The position numbers and the translations under genes are program-made. DNA of 32,000 bases from Candidatus Hadarchaeota archaeon. GTDB taxonomy: Archaea; Hadarchaeota; Hadarchaeia; Hadarchaeales; Hadarchaeaceae. Shown here piece after piece: positions 19,213 to 26,070 of the stretch (within the stretch, counting starts at the first letter, position 1; each line of letters begins with the position of its first letter). The stretch is from NCBI GenBank assembly GCA_964514965.1, contig CAZETV010000001.1, positions 933,063 to 965,062 of the forward strand, in the 5' to 3' direction. The notes under the pieces were generated by a model, which had not been told where the DNA came from, did no database searches, and saw only the letters and a list, made by a program, of their open reading frames with translations.

Positions 19213-19287
19213 TCTTGATTGTTCTCTTTTTTCATATAAGTTTGCCGTCGAAAAATTAAAGCCATTCGGTAGTGAAGTTTGTTAGCT

Positions 19288-19394
19288 GCGGGGGTAGCCA
19301 AGTCAGGTCAAAGGTCTAACGACCGGCTGAAGGCGTACGGTTCAGGGCCGTATCCCGTAGGGGTTCGGGGGTTCGAATCCCCTCCCCCGCACCA
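19288..19394 (+). tRNA. tRNA-Leu(CAG), class II, encoded CCA, with predicted D-arm intron at 19312-19330
   Basis: Acceptor GCGGGGG/CCCCCGC, anticodon stem-loop TACGG-TTCAGGG-CCGTA (anticodon CAG), long variable arm TCCCGTAGGGG, T arm GGGGG-TTCGAAT-CCCCT, encoded CCA. About 19 nt too long in the D region; removing 19312-19330 gives the canonical GCC-AAGTCAGGTCAAA-GGC D arm. Confidence 0.93.
19312..19330 (+). other. Predicted 19-nt noncanonical tRNA intron (D arm) with bulge-helix-bulge-like fold
   Basis: Candidate BHB: central helix GGTC(19306-19309)/GGCT(19325-19328) with two G-U pairs; 3-nt bulges AAA(19310-19312) and GAA(19329-19331); inner helix GGTC(19313-19316)/GACC(19321-19324); loop TAAC. 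Outer helix is weak. Confidence 0.7.
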
Positions 19395-19624
19395 AATGCG
19401 CAATGAGTAAGAAGGTCTATGGAGGTATTTGCGGGCTTTATAGACAAAAATAAGGCAGGAAAACAGGAATTTACAGTTGCTGCCTATTTTCCGAGGAAAT
19501 TTCGTATTTGCTCTCTCAACCATTCAGCCTTTGAATTATAACCAGATGCCTTCAGTTTTGCTTCAAAAGCTTCAAGAATCTCCTTTTCAATTTGGGCTTT
19601 GATTTCAATAATATCCTGCATCAT
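19395..19624 (+). repeat. Direct repeat copy 1 (adjacent to the tRNA 3' end)
   Basis: Alignable by eye to 21899-22111, e.g. cgcaatgagtaag/cgcaatgaataag, a perfect 20-mer tagacaaaaataaggcagga (19441-19460), cgtatttgctct..tcaaccat, cttgcttcaaaagcttc-type block. Confidence 0.85.
19484..19624 (-). CDS. 46-aa ribbon-helix-helix-like microprotein
   Basis: Hand-translated MMQDIIEIKAQIEKEILEAFEAKLKASGYNSKAEWLREQIRNFLGK*. The 'F..KLKASGYNSKAEWLREQIR' pattern resembles CopG/RHH DNA-binding proteins. Below the ORF-track length cutoff. Divergent from arsR. Confidence 0.6.
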   Translation of the reverse strand: MMQDIIEIKAQIEKEILEAFEAKLKASGYNSKAEWLREQIRNFLGK

Positions 19625-19644
19625 GATCACTAACGAACAATAAG

Positions 19645-19666
19645 TTTATAAATATAAGAATATTCT
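19645..19666 (+). promoter_or_regulatory. Putative promoter/operator of the arsR cassette
   Basis: AT-rich TATA-like tttataaatataag followed by perfect palindrome AGAATATTCT (19657-19666), about 11 nt upstream of the arsR-like ATG at 19678. Confidence 0.5.
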
Positions 19667-19677
19667 AATATGTTAAT

Positions 19678-19983
19678 ATGAAAGAGATATATAAAATCCA
19701 TGCTGAGATGTGTAAAGTTTTTTCAAATCCAACTAGATTGGAAATTCTTAATCTATTAAGAGACAATGAACTGACTGTTTCTGAATTGACTAATAAGTCA
19801 GAATTTACTCAAGTTAACATTTCTCAGCATTTGTCAATAATGAAAAATAAAGGAATAGTCTCATCAAGACGAAAAGGGAAAAACGTTTACTACAAACTTA
19901 CTAATCCCAAGATAATCAAAGCATTTGATATAATTAAAGAAGTGTTGGCTGAAAGGTTGAAGAAGAATGGAACGCTTGTTTAA
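19678..19983 (+). CDS. ArsR family winged-HTH transcriptional regulator
   Basis: CKVFSNPTRLEILNLLRDNELTVSELTNKSEFTQVNISQHLSIMKNKGIVSSRRKGKNVYYKL, classic ArsR HTH. Confidence 0.9.
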   Translation: MKEIYKIHAEMCKVFSNPTRLEILNLLRDNELTVSELTNKSEFTQVNISQHLSIMKNKGIVSSRRKGKNVYYKLTNPKIIKAFDIIKEVLAERLKKNGTLV

Positions 19984-20001
19984 GTGCTATGAGGTGGAAA
20001 A

Positions 20002-20514
20002 ATGAGAAAAACTTTCACAATTTTGATTTTTAGTATGTTGTTGTTAAGTGTAAGTCTAGTGTCTGCACATGAATACAATTTTAATGAGACAAAGCAACTT
20101 ATAGATTCAGGAATAAATTGCGATAAACTCACAGACGAGCAGCTTGAAGCCATTGGAGATTATTATATGGAACAAATGCATCCTGGCGAGGCTCATGAAA
20201 TGATGGATCAGATGATGGGTGGGGAAGGCTCAGAAAGTTTAAGACAAATGCACATCAACATGGCTAAAAGGCTTTATTGTAATGAAAACGTTAGCGGAAT
20301 GATGGGCTCTGGTGGCATGATGGGAATGATGAACTGGCAATCTCCCCAAACAAATATGATGCAAGGAATGATGGGAAATTGGGGATATAGTTTTGGTTAT
20401 TGGGATTTTATCAACATTCTTTATGTAATTTTGTTGATCGGTTTGATCGTATTAGTTTATCTTTGGATTATAAAAATATGGAAAAATATGCAAAATAAAG
20501 GTGGCAAGAAATGA
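20002..20514 (+). CDS. Secreted/membrane Met-His-rich protein, likely metal binding
   Basis: Signal peptide (LLLSVSLVSAHE), YYMEQMHPGEAHEMMDQMMGGEGSESLRQMHINMAKRLYC, MMGSGGMMGMMNW..NMMQGMMG, C-terminal TM helix. Confidence 0.75.
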   Translation: MRKTFTILIFSMLLLSVSLVSAHEYNFNETKQLIDSGINCDKLTDEQLEAIGDYYMEQMHPGEAHEMMDQMMGGEGSESLRQMHINMAKRLYCNENVSGMMGSGGMMGMMNWQSPQTNMMQGMMGNWGYSFGYWDFINILYVILLIGLIVLVYLWIIKIWKNMQNKGGKK

Positions 20515-20921
20515 AGCTATTAATGTTTGGAACCAAAGAATTCTGGTATAAAACTTTCAGAAAGACCATCGAGAATGTTGAAGATTCTAACGAAGAGAAG
20601 GCAATACAAAATTCAATTACTGTTTTTATTAATGTAGAAAAAGAGGATGAAACAAGAGATCAAGAAGTCTTGTCAAAAGCAGTTGGAAACATCAAATGGT
20701 TAGCAAAAAAGAATGATTACAAAAAAGTGGTGCTCCATTCCTTTGGGCATCTCTCGGATAGTAAATCAAGTTCAGAATTTGCCCAAGATATCATTAAGCG
20801 CATAGAAAAAAAACTGACTTCAAAGGGTCTGGAGGCTATCACAACCCCCTTTGGTTATTTCCTCGAATTTAAAATGCATGTTAATGGAGAATCCTTGGCA
20901 AAGGTCTGGAAGTCGATATGA
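20511..20921 (+). CDS. Stand-alone threonyl-tRNA synthetase editing-domain protein
   Basis: 136-aa protein resembling the archaeal ThrRS N-terminal DTD-like domain: FINVEKEDE..VLSKAVGNIKWLAKKNDYKKVVLHSFGHLSDSKSSSEFAQDIIKRIEKKLTSKGLEAITTPFGYFLEFKMHVNGESLAKVWKSI. ATGA overlap with the previous gene. No aminoacylation domain follows. Confidence 0.8.
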   Translation: MKLLMFGTKEFWYKTFRKTIENVEDSNEEKAIQNSITVFINVEKEDETRDQEVLSKAVGNIKWLAKKNDYKKVVLHSFGHLSDSKSSSEFAQDIIKRIEKKLTSKGLEAITTPFGYFLEFKMHVNGESLAKVWKSI

Positions 20922-20931
20922 AGGGATAAAA

Positions 20932-21501
20932 ATGAAAATCAGAGAAAGCGGTATGCCTGCTGAGAATGTCTGGGCTGGATTCTTTAATCCTGCTCAAGTA
21001 CTTACAACATTAGGTGTTAATAACGGGATCAGAGATGTAGCAGATTTTGGTTGTGGTTATGGGACTTTTACAATCCCTGCTGCAAAAATAGTGAAAGGGG
21101 AGGTATATGCAATTGATGTTGAACAAGAAATGCTTAAAATTATAGAATGGAAGAAAAATCAAAGTAATTTGAATAATGTTATCCCAATTCTTCGTGATTT
21201 TATATCAGAAGGTTCAGGACTTGAAAATGAAAGCATGGATTATGTCATGCTTTTTAATATCCTTCATGTAGAAAAGCCCAAAATATTGTTAAAAGAAGCT
21301 TGGAGAATCCTTGGAGTCAACGGGAAAATTGGGATTATACATTGGAATTACGATCCTAATACGCCAAGAGGCCCACCTATGGAGATCAGACCTAAACCAG
21401 AACAATGCATTAACTGGGCAAAAGGAGTTGGTTTCATATCTGAACAAAAATACGATCTAAAGCCATATCATTATGGCATAGTTATGACGAAAGTGAGGTG
21501 A
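20932..21501 (+). CDS. Class I SAM-dependent methyltransferase
   Basis: VADFGCGYGTFTIPAAKIVKGEVYAIDVEQEMLKII (motif I/II), YVMLFNILHVEKPKILLKEAWRILGVNGKIGIIHW. ATG 20932 chosen over the upstream ORF extension, which overlaps the preceding gene. Confidence 0.88.
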   Translation: MKIRESGMPAENVWAGFFNPAQVLTTLGVNNGIRDVADFGCGYGTFTIPAAKIVKGEVYAIDVEQEMLKIIEWKKNQSNLNNVIPILRDFISEGSGLENESMDYVMLFNILHVEKPKILLKEAWRILGVNGKIGIIHWNYDPNTPRGPPMEIRPKPEQCINWAKGVGFISEQKYDLKPYHYGIVMTKVR

Positions 21502-21508
21502 TTTAAAA

Positions 21509-21832
21509 ATGAAAATAGGGGTTGTAATAAGTACAAATGAACCAGAAGTAGTCTGGAATGCTTTCAGATTTGGGGTTACAGCATTAGCTTCTAATCATGA
21601 AGTGAAAGTGTTTCTGATGAATAAAGGCGTTGAAATCGAAGACATCAAAGATGAAAAATACGATGTGAAAAAACAAGTTGATTCATTCATTGAAAACAAA
21701 GGTAAAATATTAGCTTGCGGAACCTGTCTGAAGTCAAGGCAAAAAGAAGGAAGCAATGTTTGTCCGATCTCCAGCATGATGGATCTATTGAAATTAGTAA
21801 CAGAATCAGATAAACTTTTAACCTTCGGCTAA
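21509..21832 (+). CDS. DsrE/DsrF-like family protein
   Basis: MKIGVVISTNEPEVVWNAFRFGVTALASNHEVKVFLMNKGVEIEDI...ILACGTCLKSRQKEG..CPISSMMDLLKLVTESDKLLTF. Confidence 0.82.
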   Translation: MKIGVVISTNEPEVVWNAFRFGVTALASNHEVKVFLMNKGVEIEDIKDEKYDVKKQVDSFIENKGKILACGTCLKSRQKEGSNVCPISSMMDLLKLVTESDKLLTFG

Positions 21833-21898
21833 CATAGTGTTTAATAAGTTCAGTATATAGCGGGTTCGAATGCTGGTTCGAATATCTTACACAGCATT

Positions 21899-22111
21899 AA
21901 TACGCAATGAATAAGACAGTCTAGAGGCAAATACCATCTTTGTAGACAAAAATAAGGCAGGAGAAAGGAATTTGTGTTTATCGACTATTTTGCAAGGGAA
22001 TTACGTATTTGCTCTTTCAACCATCTGCCTTAGAATTGTAGCCAGAAGTCTTGCTTCAAAAGCTTCTAAAATTTCTTTTTCCAATTTAGGATTAGAAGAG
22101 GAGTTAATCAT
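21899..22111 (+). repeat. Direct repeat copy 2, diverged
   Basis: Same order of blocks as copy 1, including the perfect 20-mer tagacaaaaataaggcagga (21943-21962). Preceded at 21860-21884 by T-arm-like gcgggttcgaatgctggttcgaata. Confidence 0.85.
22001..22111 (-). pseudogene. Decayed copy of the RHH-like microprotein gene
   Basis: Minus-strand MINSSSNPKLEKEILEAFEARLLATILRQMVERANT* matches copy 1 through KLEKEILEAFEA(K/R)L, then is frameshifted. The lost reading (SGYNSKA...) is still recognisable in an alternate frame. Confidence 0.65.
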
Positions 22112-22535
22112 TATCTTTCTGTACATCTTTTCTATTCAGATCAGCCACTAATTCAATTATCTTTTTTTCGATTTCATCTCGGACTCTTCTAAAGGTATGC
22201 ACTGATTTTCCCGAGGGATCCTCAAAATTCCATTCACGGGTTTTTTCAGGGGGAGTGATCGGGCACTCTTGAATGCATCCCATAGTATAGATTCTGTTTG
22301 CACTTGAAGCTAAGTTTAAATCCAACATTTTTGGCTTTTGTTGTTTTAGGCTGATATTTTTTTCTTCCATTACTTGGATGGATAATTCTTGTATCCCTTT
22401 AGCAGGTTTTGTTCCTGCGCTTATCCCCTTATATTGTGGATTTTTGTTATAGAAATTGAAAAAAGCTTCAGCCATCTGACTTCTTGCTGAATTTTCAATG
22501 CAAACGAATAATATATGCTTGACCATTTTAATCAA
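22104..22535 (-). CDS. arsC: Arsenate reductase, low-molecular-weight phosphatase type
   Basis: HILFVCIENSARSQMAEAFFNFY (CX5R-type motif), SAGTKPAKGIQELSIQVMEEKNISL, MGCIQECPITPPEKTREWNFEDPSGK. Confidence 0.9.
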   Translation of the reverse strand: MIKMVKHILFVCIENSARSQMAEAFFNFYNKNPQYKGISAGTKPAKGIQELSIQVMEEKNISLKQQKPKMLDLNLASSANRIYTMGCIQECPITPPEKTREWNFEDPSGKSVHTFRRVRDEIEKKIIELVADLNRKDVQKDND

Positions 22536-22785
22536 CAGTGAATTGAAATTTTTTCTTGTTAACTTTTATTATTTTTGCTAATGGCAGCATCATCGTGTCG
22601 TAAATAACTATCACTCTTTTCATTTCGACCACTTTCCCGTCTAACCGTCTGTTGTTTGTTGTTAAATCTCGCTGAGCCATAAATGGAGGGAGTGAGTAAG
22701 ATTTGTTGATATGCTGCATGTGATTCCTGCCCCTCAAGTTTCTTCTCGTGCCTTTTCAGCCGATGCCAAAACAGGACCCCATATT

Positions 22786-23439
22786 TTACATGTGAGGATG
22801 CTGTCTCTTGCCCTTTCTGAGTAGCCAGAGCGCCCCGCCGAAGATGACCAGCTCGGAGGTGAGGTCCCACCAGAACCAGAGCATCGGGACAGCCTCGGTC
22901 CAGAAGTTCCTGTAGGCCAACGGGCCGCCGTAGTAGATTCCGACCGCAGCGGTGGCGTAGCTGAGTAGCGGCACCAGGGCTTCGAAGAGCACCGCCCCGA
23001 TCAGAATGACGCGGTAGCTGGGCGACCTCTGCGGCGTTGACCGCGTCATGAAGAGTATCCCGAACAGCAGCGCGAAGGAGCTTGTCTCCATCACCAAGCT
23101 GTCGAGGAGCCAGTTACCGAGGGTCTGCCCCTCCATGGTGCCCATAACGACGTTGACCAGGACGAAGATGCCGAGCAGGAAGGCGCCCGCCGCCAGCCAG
23201 CGCCAGTTGCGGTCGAGCCTGAAGTCGAGGGTCGGTCTGCGCACCTCCCACAGCAGGCCTAAGACGATGATGGGGTACCCGACCATGAGGGTGGAATAGA
23301 TGAAAAGCACGACGATGACGGGGTGGATGTCGACCGGAATCTGGCCTTCCTCGAAGGCCTTGACCATCTGCCATGCCATCCAGATGATTGTGGTCAGGGC
23401 GAAGGTCAGCGCGAACGCTCGGTTCAGGGGTTTACTCAT
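22786..23439 (-). CDS. Polytopic membrane protein of unknown function
   Basis: Multiple hydrophobic helices (AFALTFALTTIIWMAWQMV, HPVIVVLFIYSTLMVGYPIIVLGLLWEV, WLAAGAFLLGIFVLVNVVMG, etc.). Likely start is the internal Met of MSKPLNRAF; the track ORF runs to 23469. Confidence 0.7.
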   Translation of the reverse strand: MSKPLNRAFALTFALTTIIWMAWQMVKAFEEGQIPVDIHPVIVVLFIYSTLMVGYPIIVLGLLWEVRRPTLDFRLDRNWRWLAAGAFLLGIFVLVNVVMGTMEGQTLGNWLLDSLVMETSSFALLFGILFMTRSTPQRSPSYRVILIGAVLFEALVPLLSYATAAVGIYYGGPLAYRNFWTEAVPMLWFWWDLTSELVIFGGALWLLRKGKRQHPHM

Positions 23440-23577
23440 TTGGTGTCTGCTTAAAGGTCCGAATCTCATAAACTAAAGTCTGGTCAACGCTTTATAATTC
23501 TTTTAAAAAATCAACTTATTATGAAGCCCAGCGAATAAATGTTGAAATTCAAGTTTTTTGATGTTGTCCTCAGCAGC

Positions 23578-24192
23578 TCAAAATCTCGGCAAAAACATGG
23601 GCACTTTTTTCTGATAATTTTCGTATTCTTTCCCGAATTCTCTGGTCAGCTCTTTCTCCTCCTTCCACGAGATTAGGTAATTGCATAGCACATAAACTGG
23701 AGTGAACAGCAAAGCGTACGATGCCGAAAAGAGGAATGAACCACCGATATGCGCCAAATCTGCACCCAAATATTGGGGGTGTCGTACAGTAGAATATGGG
23801 CCGCTCGTCACAATCTTGCCCGGTTTACAATGAGTGTCCACCACTTCCGTGCCTGTTGCTTTACCTATCGTCTCGACTCCCCTTATGGCGATCCAAGCTC
23901 CTGCCAATATAAGAGGTAAAGCTATTGCCAGGTGCAAGATTGGAATTGAGAAATTAACAATCGGAATTGAGATGGATAGGCCCGAAAAAATAAATCTGGG
24001 CTGCGGCGAGAGCCAAAAACCCAACAAAAATACGAGCTCCATCCATCCTGAGAAAGCACCCAAAATCTTGCCAATCTTGATCCCTCTCTTTTTCCCATAT
24101 TTCCGCTGGAGCCCCTGATGCTCAACCGACCAAAAATGGAGGGGTATCATCAAAAGAAATCCGATTGCGCTGATAGTGAACCAAATGGACAA
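23578..24192 (-). CDS. Isoprenylcysteine carboxyl methyltransferase (ICMT)/PEMT-like integral membrane methyltransferase
   Basis: C-terminal signature VTSGPYSTVRHPQYLGADLAHIG...SWKEEKELTREFGKEYENYQKKVPMFLPRF plus TM helices. Confidence 0.8.
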   Translation of the reverse strand: MSIWFTISAIGFLLMIPLHFWSVEHQGLQRKYGKKRGIKIGKILGAFSGWMELVFLLGFWLSPQPRFIFSGLSISIPIVNFSIPILHLAIALPLILAGAWIAIRGVETIGKATGTEVVDTHCKPGKIVTSGPYSTVRHPQYLGADLAHIGGSFLFSASYALLFTPVYVLCNYLISWKEEKELTREFGKEYENYQKKVPMFLPRF

Positions 24193-24209
24193 GATATCCG
24201 ACCCCTATT

Positions 24210-26060
24210 TCATTTTTCTTGGTTGAGTACACCCACAAGTTTTGGACCCTTGTGCTTCCTGCCCTTTGCTATGCCGAGGTACAAGGCGCTATTTATAAGG
24301 CCGATGTGGCTAAACGCTTGGGGAAAATTTCCAAGTAATTTACCCGTTTTTGGGTCTATCTCCTCAGCAAAAAGTCCTAGAGGGCTCATGTAGTTAAGAA
24401 CATTTAAAAATATTTTTTCAGCCGGTTCTACTTTTCCAGAGAGGGCTAGAGCCTTAACGAGCCAGAAGGAGCAAAGAACGAAACATCCTTCTTTCTCAAG
24501 CAGCCCGTCCTCAGATTCATAACGGTAAACAAGTCCATCCTTTATCATTAGCCGTTTTAAGATGGCATCTATTGTCCCTTGCACTCTAGAATCTTCAAAG
24601 GGTAGGAAGCCCACGATGGGTATGAGAAGGCTCGTCGCATCGAGAGTTTCTGAACCAAAAGATTGAACAAAGCTATTGAGTTTCTTACTAAATCCTCTTT
24701 TGAGCATGGCCTTCTTGATGGCTCCCCTAACCTTTTTCCACCTTTCTAAAGGGGCATCAAAACCTTTCAGTTCTGATATCCTGATGCCTCGGTCTACGGC
24801 CACCCAACACATAAGTTTGGAATAGACAAAATGGCGGGGCCCTCCCCTCACTTCCCATATACCTGAATCCTCTGTGTCCCATACTTGACATACGTGATCT
24901 ACAATACCTTTGATAAATCTCCAAGTTTCGTGTGAAATCTCCTCCCCATAACGAGTGGTTTCGTAAATCGAGTTCAACATCTCACCATAGATATCGAGCT
25001 GTTTTTGTTTTGCTGCGCCGTTGCCGATTCTCACTGGGCGGGAATTTTTGTACCCTGAAAGATTTTCTAATACCCGTTCCTCCAGATCAGCCTCCCCATG
25101 TAAGCCATACATTATCTGGAGTTCGGATGGGTGCTTATCTTGTCTGACAATTCCCTCCATCCACCTGCGGAAATCTAGAGATTCTTTCAAATGACCTAGA
25201 TGGAAAAGTGCTTGAACCGTAAACGAAGCATCTCGAACCCACGCATATCGGTAATCCCAGTTGCGGACACCCCCAACTATTTCGGGGATAGAGGTTGTCG
25301 GTGCTGCAGCGATAGCACCACTGTCAGGGTTTGTTAGGAGTTTTAGTATCAGGCCTGAGCGGACGACGAGGTCATGCCAAGGTGCATCGATGACACATTC
25401 CGGACTCATGCATCTATGTGTCCACCTTTCCCAAAATTTCTTCACCTTTCTTAAGAGTTTCTCACAATCTTTGGGGCGTAGAGGATTGTGATGATTGTAA
25501 TGGAGAACAAACCAGACGGCTTCGCCTTTTTTCATGCTTACTGTTCCTTCAGCTTTTCCATTGTGGACATCCAAAGGAATCTGCGATTGTAAAAACAAGC
25601 TCTCATCTTGGCATCGAGTGACAATTCCCCCTTTTGCAGGCTCAAAGCTGGAAGGAAGCCTCGCGTAATTAAAACGTGGTTCAAAGCTCACCTCGAGTTC
25701 TACCTCCCCGCTCATGCATTCAACTTTCCTGAAAACCGCTCTTACATATTTATTATTTTTTCTTGTTTCCGCTTTCATGAAGTCGGTCACAACAACCACG
25801 CCTAAAGAAGTGGTAAAATTAGTTTGCAGGATATTTGTGTTTTCAATATAAGATTGAACCGCTTCGTATTTTTCAACTGGTTTTATCCAAAAATGCCCGC
25901 CCCTTTCTACGTCAAGTATGGCCGCAAAAAGGGAAGGCGACTCCAAGTAAGGGAAACAGAGCCAGTCTATTGAACCATCCCTGCTTACCAGCGCACAGGT
26001 CTCGAGATTTCCGATGATCCCGTAGTCTTCAAGGTCTCTATAACGCGGTTTCATATTCAA
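24210..26060 (-). CDS. Glycoside hydrolase family 15 protein (glucoamylase/trehalase-like)
   Basis: YGIIGNLETCALVSRDGSIDWLCFPYLESPSLFAAILD, NWDYRYAWVRDASFTVQALFHLG, CWVAVDRGIR, LVPIVGFLPFEDSRVQGTIDAI. Confidence 0.92.
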   Translation of the reverse strand: MNMKPRYRDLEDYGIIGNLETCALVSRDGSIDWLCFPYLESPSLFAAILDVERGGHFWIKPVEKYEAVQSYIENTNILQTNFTTSLGVVVVTDFMKAETRKNNKYVRAVFRKVECMSGEVELEVSFEPRFNYARLPSSFEPAKGGIVTRCQDESLFLQSQIPLDVHNGKAEGTVSMKKGEAVWFVLHYNHHNPLRPKDCEKLLRKVKKFWERWTHRCMSPECVIDAPWHDLVVRSGLILKLLTNPDSGAIAAAPTTSIPEIVGGVRNWDYRYAWVRDASFTVQALFHLGHLKESLDFRRWMEGIVRQDKHPSELQIMYGLHGEADLEERVLENLSGYKNSRPVRIGNGAAKQKQLDIYGEMLNSIYETTRYGEEISHETWRFIKGIVDHVCQVWDTEDSGIWEVRGGPRHFVYSKLMCWVAVDRGIRISELKGFDAPLERWKKVRGAIKKAMLKRGFSKKLNSFVQSFGSETLDATSLLIPIVGFLPFEDSRVQGTIDAILKRLMIKDGLVYRYESEDGLLEKEGCFVLCSFWLVKALALSGKVEPAEKIFLNVLNYMSPLGLFAEEIDPKTGKLLGNFPQAFSHIGLINSALYLGIAKGRKHKGPKLVGVLNQEK

Positions 26061-26070
26061 TCACCTCAAA

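Noticed and set aside
20851-20931. Upstream extension of the methyltransferase ORF
   Set aside because: It overlaps the editing-domain gene; ATG 20932 with AAGGGAT upstream is a better start.
19395-22111. Insertion sequence / transposon explanation for the ArsR cassette
   Set aside because: No transposase and the flanking repeats are direct, not inverted; tRNA-associated integration or segmental duplication fits better, though no integrase was found either.
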